Positions 20,227-29,587 of a stretch of DNA of 64,000 nt are shown in pieces. Within the stretch, counting starts at the first letter, position 1. Each line of letters begins with the position of its first letter. The notes beneath the pieces were generated by a model. That model saw only the letters and a program-made list of their open reading frames with translations. It ran no database searches and was not told the origin of the DNA. Location: assembly GCA_051003155.1 (NCBI GenBank), contig JBPCLO010000031.1, forward strand, positions 96,001 to 160,000, read 5' to 3'. This DNA comes from Fimbriimonadales bacterium (GTDB lineage: Bacteria; Armatimonadota; Fimbriimonadia; Fimbriimonadales; ATM1). Made by a program: the position numbers and the translations under genes.

Positions 20227-20398
20227 TGTGTGTCCTCGTTAGTTGGTTCACCCAATCTACCCGTTACAGGCTGTAGACCTCGGGGTGCATGGGTTGATAG
20301 AGCATGATCTCTCCTGCGGCCGGGAGCACGAGCGTAGTGGTAAGCCCGAAGCCTTCGTCGAAATTCCGCCTTTGGGCCAACTTCCATCCTCCTGCACC

Positions 20399-20953
20399 TC
20401 ACAAAGCAGCCTCACACCGATCAATCGCGAAATCTGAACAGTGCCCTGCGTAAGCTCTTGCGCTCGACCACTCCCAGTCGAGCTCCGATTCGCACAAGCC
20501 GCGGCGTACCGGGTTTGCGTGAATGTTTGCGATAGACGCGCGAATCGCACGCGGCGAGTACAGGTTTCGGTCATACCCGCCTCCGGCTTGCCAGAAACGA
20601 TACGATAAGGTGCCGTCTCTCTTCGCAACTCGGAGCCGGTCCATCAGATCGGGCGAGACGTGGCGCAATTCCTCTAGGATCTTCTTCGCGATGGGCGGGG
20701 TCATCAGAATTCGCGCGATCTGATACTTTTCGTTCCTTGGATGAATCAGCAAGTGAGCATGCTCCGGCATTACGACGAATGCCCAAACATCGAAATCCTG
20801 CCGCTTTCTCGCTTCATTGAGAGACTCGATCACTAACCCCTTCGCCGCGCCGCTCGCTAAAGGTGGCAGCCGACGATAGCACGAGAAAGTCAATTCGTGC
20901 GCGTGGCCGACGGGCTGGATGGCCCTCATAGGGTGAAGTGTCCTTCGGGTCAC
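20399..20953 (-). mobile_element. REP-associated tyrosine transposase (RAYT/Y1), copy A; catalytic Tyr apparently replaced
   Basis: HAHELTFSC, MPEHAHLL, FWQAGGGYDRN, NIHANPV and WEWSSA. Confidence 0.85.
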
Positions 20954-21018
20954 ACGGACAGATTCGCCAAATCGCTCCTGCGGGGCGGAAACCTGTGCTG
21001 CGAATCTGTCCGTGTGAC
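20949..21018. repeat. REP-like perfect 19-bp inverted repeat
   Basis: GTCACACGGACAGATTCGC (20949-20967) and GCGAATCTGTCCGTGTGAC (21000-21018). Confidence 0.85.
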
Positions 21019-21049
21019 GGGCGTTCGACTAGCAACACCGTCTCGCCTG

Positions 21050-21605
21050 TCAAAGCGCACTCTCACAGACTTCGACCGCAAGAACGCTCTCGCTCATGCC
21101 GGAGTAGCTCCCGAGGCTCGACCACTTCCAAGCCAAAGCCGAGTCGACCAAGCCGCGGCGAACGGGGTTGTTGTGAATGTAGTCGATCGACGCCCTTAGG
21201 GCCTTGGGTGAGAAAAGATTCCGGTCATATCCTCCGCCATTCTGCCAGAATCGATAGGTAACGGTTCCATCCTTTCTAATTACCTTTAGCTTCTTGAGTG
21301 CGTCGGGCTTGTTCTTCGCTAGGTAACCGATCGCCCGTTGCGAAACTGACTGTTTGATTGCCTTCCTGATAGCGCCGATATCGTAGTCTTCTTTGCGGGG
21401 ATGGAGTAGGAGATGCACATGTTCCGGCATGAACACATACGCCCAGATCGCGAAATCATGTCTTGCCTGGGCTGCCTCGATCGCGTTCGCGAGCCAAGAG
21501 CACGGAAGCGCACTTTCTAGTAATTTGAACCTGGTAACAAGAAAACGTAAGTTCGTGCGCGTGACCGGGTTCGTTGTATGTCTTCCGCAACTTGTGCTTG
21601 GGCAT
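21050..21605 (-). mobile_element. RAYT/Y1 transposase, copy B, frameshifted at about 21532
   Basis: MPKHKLRKTYNEPGHAHELTFSCY, then shift to MPEHVHLL, FWQNGGGYDRN, YIHNNPV and WKWSS. Confidence 0.85.
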
Positions 21606-21634
21606 CGGAAATCCGTTGTTACCGAAAAGCCGCC

Positions 21635-21700
21635 CACGGACAGATTCGCTTTAGCTTCCCGTTTGCGTAAGTCCACCCCGCGAATCTGACCGTGCCACCC
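21635..21700. repeat. Second REP-like inverted repeat of the same family
   Basis: CACGGACAGATTCGC and GCGAATCTGACCGTG (1 mismatch), followed by CCACCC. Confidence 0.8.
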
Positions 21701-21849
21701 GCCGTCTCGGGGAGCCCCATGCCCAGCGTCGCCGCGTGCGTGCCGAACTTCGTGCTGAAATTGATGAACCAAGTGACAGAGCGCCTTCCGCTGTCGGGAG
21801 CCATTTACCTGCGATAGGCTCGAAATATACCATATTGAAGGCTCTGCGG

Positions 21850-21996
21850 AGTCTTCCGGAACCGTTGCCAAGCCTTCCGGACCGGTCCCAGAGCGTTCCG
21901 GAATGGTCCCAGGGCTTTCTGGAATGGTCTCAGAGCCCTCTAGAACGATCTCAGAGCCTTCCGGAACGGTCTCAGGGCTTTCTGAAACGGTCTCGG
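21850..21996. repeat. Degenerate 21-bp tandem repeat, 7 units
   Basis: Consensus approximately AGCCTTCCGGAACGGTCTCAG. Confidence 0.85.
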
Positions 21997-22101
21997 AAGC
22001 CTTTGTAGATCAGAATTAGTCAGCACGCAGTTATGCTCTGACACCCACAGAACTAGCCACCCGTTCCCGGTCCGGGGATAGAAACCCGGCATACGGCACG
22101 A

Positions 22102-22518
22102 TTAGGCGAACCGGGCCAGCGGGTCCTGAGGATCAACTGGCCGCTGAATCACCCAGTCAGCTCCGGACTTCCAAGCTCCTTCGACGGCCGCGTCGCTAGC
22201 CTCAACAACGACGAGAACGGCCGGCTTGGGTGTCGGCCAATCGATGTCTGAACGCTTGCAGATCGCCGGGTCGTCAGTAAGCACCACGTCGCAGCGCATC
22301 GCCACCAAGAAGATATCCAACAAGCCGTCACAATCGGTCGTTTCCCATCCCAGTCTGCGGAAAGCGTGCATAAAGGCGGCCACTTCTAAGTGTTCTAGGA
22401 GATCGATGAGGATCGATCGCTGGCCATGTTCGCTTGGCTCACCGAGGGCGATCCGCAAGCTTCGCGGAGGAACGCGGCGCTCTCCTAGAGGTTCAGCCTC
22501 AGGACCGGAGTTCACCAT
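22102..22518 (-). CDS. Degenerate CheY-like receiver-domain protein
   Basis: DVVLTD, PAVLVV and GADWVIQRP pattern. Confidence 0.5.
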   Translation of the reverse strand: MVNSGPEAEPLGERRVPPRSLRIALGEPSEHGQRSILIDLLEHLEVAAFMHAFRRLGWETTDCDGLLDIFLVAMRCDVVLTDDPAICKRSDIDWPTPKPAVLVVVEASDAAVEGAWKSGADWVIQRPVDPQDPLARFA

Positions 22519-22693
22519 CTCATTATGAAACCTGACAGCAGACTTTACGCGGCCACCCCGCGCCAGAGTCGTTCTGCAGATTCAAAGCAGAAGCAAGAAG
22601 GCGACTGCGATCCCGCCACGAACGGGAGGTTGCGACTCTATCTGATGTATAGTTTTCGACGTAGGCGTATTGATAAGTAGGAGGCAGAAACAG

Positions 22694-23341
22694 ATGAGAC
22701 TCAATCGATTTGGATTGACCAGCGCGGCCGCTTTGTGTGTTGCGGGAGCTTCCATCGCGCAATTCTACGGCGGCGACTACGATGGCCGCAGCGGCTTAGC
22801 CGTATTCCGCGATGCTTATACCTATGAAGACTTCTACGTCGATGGCGCTGGGTGGACGGTCACCGGTATCTATGCGAACGTCCTCGTCAAACAGCAATTT
22901 GCCCGGATGAACTGGGAGATCCGCAGCGGCATGACCGAGGGCGACGGGGGCACACTCGAAGCCAGCGGATCGGGGCCTATCACGCAAATTCTCACCGGGC
23001 GAATTGGGGGTAACAATTACCCAGAGTACGAACTTCGTATCAGCGGCCTGAATATTGACCTCATTCCGGGAGCGTATTACGTGGGCGTCAACGTTGCCAG
23101 CTCGAGCTACGCGTGGGTTTCTACGACCATGGGCGCTAACGGTTTCGGATCTCCCCTCGGAAACGGCAATTCGTGGTTCGATAGCGCGTACTTCGGCTTC
23201 GACTTCGCCAGCACCGACAGTGATGAGATTTTTGGCCCTGGCTTCTGGGACTTCTCATATGGCGTGGTTCCCGAGCCCGCGACCCTAGCTGCCCTCGGCG
23301 TCGCCCTGGCAGGTCTCGCCGCTTGCCGGCGCAGAAGCTAG
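22694..23341 (+). CDS. PEP-CTERM sorting-domain protein
   Basis: Signal peptide; VPEPATLAALG-TM-RRRS; GGAGG RBS. Confidence 0.9.
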   Translation: MRLNRFGLTSAAALCVAGASIAQFYGGDYDGRSGLAVFRDAYTYEDFYVDGAGWTVTGIYANVLVKQQFARMNWEIRSGMTEGDGGTLEASGSGPITQILTGRIGGNNYPEYELRISGLNIDLIPGAYYVGVNVASSSYAWVSTTMGANGFGSPLGNGNSWFDSAYFGFDFASTDSDEIFGPGFWDFSYGVVPEPATLAALGVALAGLAACRRRS

Positions 23342-23413
23342 CTTCCATTCTCTTACCTTCACAATTAACAGCGGCCACCACATTGGATGGCCGCTGATTC
23401 CTCCCAGCTTCCC

Positions 23414-25578
23414 TTAGAACTTGCGCATCAAGAACATGTTGAAGCGGTTGTCGCGGCCCGACGGCAGGCCGAGGTAGTCGGTGACCCAGTAGATGTAGTT
23501 CGCGCCGAGCTCGAGGCCGCTCCCCAACTGCCACTTGTTGTGGACATAGAAGGCGGAGTTGCGGGTTCGGCCGTCCGCCGGCACGTCGTCATCGTCGGGT
23601 CGTCGAGCGTGTAGCCGAGGGCCAGCCGATGCGTCGGGCTCGCGCTGAAGCCGAGCTCGATCCAGCCACCGTTGCTCGCGATCTCCTCACCGGTCGTCGT
23701 GTTCACGCCCTGGCCGATTCCGCCCCGGATGTCGCTGAGATTCGAGCCCGTCCACGCCTCTCCCTTCACATCGAGAACTTGGCTGAGAGCGAACGACCAG
23801 TCTATGCCGAAGCCGGACGACGTAAAGTCCGTCTCACCTCCGACCGGAGTGGCAGTCTCCTCTTTGGAAATGGTGCCCCAAATGCCGGCAGCGTACTTCG
23901 AGCCCTTGATCCCAAGCCTTGCCTGGACGTTCGGAATCCCGCTGTCCTCGCCGTCGCGAACGCCGTTGTTGTCCATGTCCTTCCCGTCGATCGCGCCGGT
24001 TAGGCCGAGCGCGACCGCCATCGACATCCCGCTCTCACCTTCGTACGTGTAGCGGATTTGCGCCCTGCGGTCGCCGAGATTCCCGGCGTTCCACATCAGC
24101 GTGTCGTCGCTCGGCGACGGGAAGAGAGGCGAGGCGAGGTCCCACGTCTGGCCGACGAGCCACGTGGAGCGGCCCTGCTTGGCCTGGATGTAGAGGTGCC
24201 GGGCGCGCGGGTTGGGCCGCGACGGGCTGCCTCCGCCCTGGAAGTCGATCTCGATCTTGCCGCTCACGTCCATTTTGCCGGGCGCCGCTTTGAAGTCGAC
24301 TCCCAGCCTCGTGAGGTCGGGATACAGAGTGAACTGCTCGTCCGAGCTCCCCGAGTTGATGAACTGGGGCGACTCTGCGTTGTTCGCTTTCGACGCATCG
24401 TATACGCCGTCCGCGCGGACGAAGCCGTAGACGGAAACGTTCTCGCCCGACGGAGCGGTGACCGGAACCTGGGGCTTCGCGCCTGCCTTCACTCCTTTCA
24501 GTTCGTCGATCTCCGCCTGTTGCTTCTGCACGATGCGGCGCAGCTCGTCGATCTGAGCCTGCGGGTCCTGCGGGTCGAGCAGCTCGTACGCCAAGTCCCA
24601 TTTGGCTTCGACGGGCTTGCCGTCGGCCTCGGCGTAGGGATAGATGAAGTTATTGAGCGGCCCAGCGGCCTGCTTTGGCGCGAGAACGATGTCGCGACCA
24701 CGCGAAAAGGCGACGGCGGATCGCTCGAGAACGAGCTGCCCCATCAACGAATCGCTGATGTCCTTCTTGCCCGCGTCGAGCCACCGGCGCGCATCGGACG
24801 CATCGACCGGCAGCCAGCCCCTGTCTTCGTCGTAAAACCAGGTCCAGCAGTGGTATCCGCCCACCTTGCCCTTCGCCGGAATCGGATCGGCAAGCGGGAT
24901 GCCCGTGATCGGGAACCCGTATTCGAGGTACGCCGGAACGCCTTGGCTGCGCGCCAGCGAGATCACGTAGCTGTGCAAGTCGGAGCAGTTGCCCTTCTTA
25001 TAGTCGCAAACGAACGCGACGTCGCCCTCGCCTAAATGTGGCGACTCTTTCTTGTAGTCGTACTGCATCGTGGCAACCACGTGATCGAAGATGTCCTTGA
25101 CCTTGCCGTATGCAGTGGCTTCGCCACCCGTGACATCGACGGCGATGTCCTTGTACCTGCCGGTGATCGGAACGAGCCTATCTGCTCCGAGGTACATGCG
25201 CGCATCGGGGCCGCCTTCTTTGCGCACATCCACCAAGCCGGCCGTCTCGCGAGCGACATCGAACGTAACGGCAACCACTGCCGGACCGCTCGCGCTGTCG
25301 GAATGAACGTAGATCATGCGGTTGCCGTTTTTCGCCTCTTTGGTGATTTTGTAGACGTACGGGCTGTCGACCTTGAGGTTCGTGATCGTTTGGAGTTCGT
25401 TATCCGAAGGAATCGGAATCCAAAGATTCAGACTTTTGCCGGATGGTGGGGACGGCACGGTGGCCGTGAACGTGAAGCGCGTGTTGAGGACACGCGGCGG
25501 AGGGTCAGCGCTTAGCGCTTGCGAGGCCAGCGGACACGCCGCCAGCAAAACTGCGAAACTCATTGTGCGGGCGCCCAT
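23414..25578 (-). CDS. Transglutaminase-like domain, coiled coil and DcaP-like outer-membrane porin fusion (frameshift at about 23598)
   Basis: GNCSDLHS, YHCW and LPVDAS triad; QIDELRRIVQKQQAEIDEL; VYGFVRAD, TRLG, IEIDF, LVGQTW; restored end RFNMFLMRKF. Confidence 0.8.
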
Positions 25579-25664
25579 TGTAGGCACCTCCTGGGACTCT
25601 TCAAAATAATCCTCCTTTAGACTGGATTCTTGTGACAGTACCCAATGCCTGCCCACAGGGTTCC
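25568..25664 (-). promoter_or_regulatory. Duplicated promoter/RBS/start cassette, copy 1
   Basis: Close copy of 26407-26501. Confidence 0.8.
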
Positions 25665-25678
25665 CCGATCTTCCGGCA

Positions 25679-26443
25679 CTACTGCTTGTCAGCAAGCGTA
25701 GTCGCGGACACGTCGTAAATTGGTAACCGAATGTCGGAAGGCAGTTCGATAATGCCCAATGCGCGTTCCCCGTCAACCTCCCAGCCGTCGGCGCCCAGTG
25801 CCACCCGCTCGAAATCGCCTTCGTCGGTAACCTTTACAGTACGCGGATATAGTGTGAATGCAACCGCCTGTACTTCGATCCTATCGAAAGTGGGCCCCAG
25901 CGTCCTTCCCGCTATCGTCCCCGATTTGTACAGCCTTATCTCTTTAGACATTCCTGGCGTCGAACCCTGCGCAAGGCGGCCCCAATAGATCAGAGCGGTG
26001 ACCTCGAAGCCATCATCCTCAGACACCTTTCCCTTTGGGTCATAAAGCATTGGAAGAATTTTCGGCGAGGCGTCGACTATCTCGTAGCGGATCATGATCC
26101 GCCGAGAGTTGCTTGATCTCATGGATACCTCTTGTCGCGATGCTAGCTCCCACCTAGTCGCCGAGGTCGCCCCAAGGGCGGCTAGGTCGTATGGTCGAGC
26201 CGTTAGCGCGGTGGGCTCGCGGTCGAAGACGATAAAAGGGGAGTTCTCAGATGCCCGGGCTTGAAGTCCGAGCCGCTTAAGTAAAGCGTCATTTCCGTAA
26301 CTTTGACTGGAAGGGGATACCGCGAGGGGCTCTGACTGTGGCGCGGCCGCTCCATGATCATTCGACTGCCGGCAACTGACAATCAGCATCGTCACGACCA
26401 CACATCCGGGCGCCCATTGTAGGCACCTCCGGGGACTCTTCAA
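25679..26443 (-). CDS. Putative lipoprotein
   Basis: TTG after AAGGAGG; basic N-terminus, hydrophobic stretch and lipobox IVSC. Confidence 0.6.
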   Translation of the reverse strand: MKSPRRCLQWAPGCVVVTMLIVSCRQSNDHGAAAPQSEPLAVSPSSQSYGNDALLKRLGLQARASENSPFIVFDREPTALTARPYDLAALGATSATRWELASRQEVSMRSSNSRRIMIRYEIVDASPKILPMLYDPKGKVSEDDGFEVTALIYWGRLAQGSTPGMSKEIRLYKSGTIAGRTLGPTFDRIEVQAVAFTLYPRTVKVTDEGDFERVALGADGWEVDGERALGIIELPSDIRLPIYDVSATTLADKQ

Positions 26444-26501
26444 ACAATCCTCCTTGTATCTGGATTGTTAAGAGAGTACCTAATGCCACTTAGAGGGTTC
26501 C
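26407..26501 (-). promoter_or_regulatory. Duplicated promoter/RBS/start cassette, copy 2
   Basis: GGAACCCT..GGCATT.GGTACT..AATCC..AAGGAGGATT..TTGAAGAGTCCC.GGAGGTGCCTACAATGGGCGCCCG shared with copy 1. Confidence 0.8.
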
Positions 26502-26573
26502 TTCTTATGTGGAACAGCGCGTCTGGAGCCAGGACACGCCTCGACGGATGGCAATTCTCGGAGAACCTACGAC

Positions 26574-27125
26574 CTACGGAAAACCGATCGCGCGGAGCTT
26601 TTCAGAACTTGAAACCAAGTACGTCGACGGTACTTGCCGTCCATCTGCTTCATAAACCGTCTTGGATATAACTCCAATGGGTGCGAGGTGCCTGTAGACC
26701 AATACCCGCCCTTGGTACCCAAAGGCTCGTTCGAACTTAGACCGATCGCCGCTCTTGAAGACTGCCCCAAGTTGTTCGACTTTCAGAGCGGCGCCTATCG
26801 TTCCCGCAACACTGGTTTGCGAGCGGTAAAGTTGCGCCTTCCAAAGGATAGTTTGGGCTTCGATGTCCACCATAACTAAGCGGCTCCAATTCGGGATTCG
26901 CTCCAACACGATTGGCCGCAGCGGCGAGTCCTCGAAGAACAACCAGGTGACTTCGTGGCCTTCGCCTAAGAGAGATAGAGTCGAAAGCTCCTTTTGGGAA
27001 AGGACGGCGAGAGACGCGTAGTACCGCGCGTGGGCATGATCGTTCTCCGAAAGCGCGCGAATTGCCATTTCGCGAGGACTCTGGCTAGCGAATAAGCACA
27101 AGACGAGAACAGCGGGAACCATCAT
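26574..27125 (-). CDS. Secreted hypothetical protein
   Basis: Signal-peptide-like N-terminus; fills the gap. Confidence 0.5.
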   Translation of the reverse strand: MMVPAVLVLCLFASQSPREMAIRALSENDHAHARYYASLAVLSQKELSTLSLLGEGHEVTWLFFEDSPLRPIVLERIPNWSRLVMVDIEAQTILWKAQLYRSQTSVAGTIGAALKVEQLGAVFKSGDRSKFERAFGYQGRVLVYRHLAPIGVISKTVYEADGRQVPSTYLVSSSEKLRAIGFP

Positions 27126-27214
27126 TACTCTTCGGGTGCGCCTATTATTGCCTCAAAAGGCAGTTGGGATTCTAGAGTGCCTCCATGCAGAAATCCCTTC
27201 ATAATGTACGCCAG

Positions 27215-28249
27215 ATGACGATTACGGAAGCCATCGGGCACGCGGTCGTGCGCAGGAACCTGCAGGAAACGGACGCGCGGGCTGTAATGGACCTGATCAT
27301 GGACGGTGAGGCGACGCCTGCCCAGATCGCAGCGCTGTTGGTCGCGCTTCGCATGAAGGGCGAAACGGGACCGGAAATCACCGGATTTGCCAAGGCCATG
27401 CGCAGCCGCGTGACACCGATCCGGTCGAGTAGAACCGACGTCATCGACACCTGCGGCACGGGCGGTGATTCGCTTAAGACTTTCAACTTGAGCACCGCGT
27501 CGGCCATTGTCGCCTCCGCCGCCGGTGTCCCGGTCGCAAAGCACGGAAACCGGGCGGTCTCCAGCAAGTGCGGCAGCGCGGATATCCTCGAAGCCCTCGG
27601 CGTGAACCTGATGCTTAGCCCCGAGGGGGCGACGAGGCTGCTGGATGAAATCGGAATCACCTTCCTCTTCGCGCCGAATTATCATCCCGCCATGAAGCAC
27701 GCCGCCGCCCCGCGTAGAGAAATCGGGCTCCGAAGCATCTTCAACCTCGTCGGCCCACTGACGAATCCCGCCGGCGCAGACCGGCAGCTCATCGGAGTCT
27801 ACGCGCCCACCCTGGTGCCGAAAATGGCCAAGGCCCTGAGAAGCCTTGGGTGCAAACGGGGGGTCGTGGCTCATGGATTGCTCGGCCTCGATGAGGTCGC
27901 TCCAATCGGCGCCACGCGGCTCGCGATTATCGAAGAAAAGGAAATCATCGACCGGGTTATGCAGGCGGAAGAGTTTGGAATCGTGCCGCCATCGATCTCC
28001 GAAATAGCCTGCGGAGCCGATATCGGGGAAAGCCGGGCGAAAATCGGACGGGCATTAGAGGACGCCCAATCGCCGGAGGCGAGGGCCGTGCTTCCCAGCG
28101 CGGGAGTCGCGATCTGGGTCGGCGGAAGAGCCGACAGCATCCACGAGGGAGTTGTGGCCGCCAGGGAAGCGATCGCCTCCGGGAAAGCGGCGGCGAAGCT
28201 GAAAGCGCTCATCGAAATGAGCAACCAGTTTGGGGCGGTCCCTGCTTGA
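27215..28249 (+). CDS. trpD: Anthranilate phosphoribosyltransferase
   Basis: DTCGTGGD, KHGNR and FNLVGPLTNP. Confidence 0.96.
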   Translation: MTITEAIGHAVVRRNLQETDARAVMDLIMDGEATPAQIAALLVALRMKGETGPEITGFAKAMRSRVTPIRSSRTDVIDTCGTGGDSLKTFNLSTASAIVASAAGVPVAKHGNRAVSSKCGSADILEALGVNLMLSPEGATRLLDEIGITFLFAPNYHPAMKHAAAPRREIGLRSIFNLVGPLTNPAGADRQLIGVYAPTLVPKMAKALRSLGCKRGVVAHGLLGLDEVAPIGATRLAIIEEKEIIDRVMQAEEFGIVPPSISEIACGADIGESRAKIGRALEDAQSPEARAVLPSAGVAIWVGGRADSIHEGVVAAREAIASGKAAAKLKALIEMSNQFGAVPA

Positions 28250-29019
28250 GCGTTTTGAGCCAAATCCTCGAAGATAAGCGGGATGCGCTTCGTAGCCTGC
28301 CTAGTGTCGCGACCCTGGTTCGGCTGGCCGGCGATGTTCCACCGCCCCGCGGATTCCTAGCCCGAATCGAGCAGGACGCCCAACCTGTGGCCCTCATCGC
28401 AGAGATCAAGAAGGCGAGCCCCAGCCGGGGAACCATAGTCGAGAACTTCGATCCGAGACGCATCGCGACGGATTACGAAGAAGGCGGCGCGAGCTGCTTG
28501 AGCGTGCTCACCGACGAGAAGTATTTCCAGGGTTCTTCGGACGATTTGGCGGCTGCCCGGAACGAGGTGGGCTTGCCCGTGCTGCGAAAAGACTTTATCG
28601 TCGACGAACGCCAGGTTTACGAGAGCCGCGCGATGGGCGCGGATTGCATCCTCCTGATAGTCGCTGCGCTTGAGTTGCCGCAGCTCAACGATTACTGTGC
28701 TCTTGCGCGTGAGCTCGGCATGGACACGCTCATCGAAGTCCACGATGAGAGGGAGATGGAAGCCGCCGGCCTTGCGCAAGCTAGGCTGATCGGGATCAAC
28801 AACCGAGACCTGGCCACCTTCGAAACCGATCTGGGGACAACTGTACGGCTCGCACCGTATGCGCCGCAGGGATCCGTACTCGTAAGCGAAAGCGGGATCT
28901 GGACGAACGACGATGTGCTCCGGGCGGCCGAGGCGGGCGCTAAAGCCGTACTGGTCGGAGAAAGCCTCGTGCGGCAGGCCGATATTCCGAGGGCCGTCAG
29001 GGAGCTACTCGGAAGATGA
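28246..29019 (+). CDS. trpC: Indole-3-glycerol phosphate synthase
   Basis: IAEIKKASPS, SVLTD, LRKDF, GINNRDL and SESGI. Confidence 0.97.
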   Translation: MSVLSQILEDKRDALRSLPSVATLVRLAGDVPPPRGFLARIEQDAQPVALIAEIKKASPSRGTIVENFDPRRIATDYEEGGASCLSVLTDEKYFQGSSDDLAAARNEVGLPVLRKDFIVDERQVYESRAMGADCILLIVAALELPQLNDYCALARELGMDTLIEVHDEREMEAAGLAQARLIGINNRDLATFETDLGTTVRLAPYAPQGSVLVSESGIWTNDDVLRAAEAGAKAVLVGESLVRQADIPRAVRELLGR

Positions 29020-29585
29020 CGCGGGTCAAGATCTGCGGAGTCACGCGCGCGGAGGACGCAGAGGCTGCCGCCGAGGCAGGCGCGGATGCCGTCGGTTTCG
29101 TTTTCGAGCCAAGCAGTCCGCGATTCGTCGGTTCGTTCATGGACTTGCATCTCGCCCTGCCGCCTTATGTAACCTCGGTCGCGGTCTTCGGTCCGTTCTT
29201 GCCGGACGCCGGCGCGACTGGATTCGATCGCATCCAGTACTTGTCGGGTTCGCCGACCGGTGGTCTGATTCGGGCATTTCGTTTGGGCGAGACGCCTTTA
29301 GCCGAAATCCTCGCCTATCGGTCCTCGCCGGTTCTCATCGACGCATTTCATCCAAAGCAGTTCGGTGGCACGGGTGAGAGAGCGAATTGGGAGGCGGCTG
29401 CTGAGGTCGTGAGATCGACATCGGTGCCGGTAGTGCTTGCCGGCGGGCTGACACCTGACAACGTCGCCGAAGCGATTCGAATAGTACGGCCATACGCAGT
29501 GGACGTCAGCAGCGGCGTCGAAGAAAGGCCGGGTGTGAAAGACCCCTTTAAACTTCGAGACTTCATCGCGGCGGCCCGTTCGTAG
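29016..29585 (+). CDS. trpF: Phosphoribosylanthranilate isomerase
   Basis: VKICG, GGTG, LAGGL and VDVSSGVE. Confidence 0.95.
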   Translation: MTRVKICGVTRAEDAEAAAEAGADAVGFVFEPSSPRFVGSFMDLHLALPPYVTSVAVFGPFLPDAGATGFDRIQYLSGSPTGGLIRAFRLGETPLAEILAYRSSPVLIDAFHPKQFGGTGERANWEAAAEVVRSTSVPVVLAGGLTPDNVAEAIRIVRPYAVDVSSGVEERPGVKDPFKLRDFIAAARS

Positions 29586-29587
29586 CG

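Noticed and set aside
21850..21996. 21-bp arrays (also 59180-59347) as CRISPR
   Set aside because: Units are contiguous and degenerate with no spacers, and there are no cas genes
27126..27214. trp attenuator or T-box before trpD (and T-box before tyrS)
   Set aside because: Intergenic regions are too short, with no Trp-rich leader or T-box sequence
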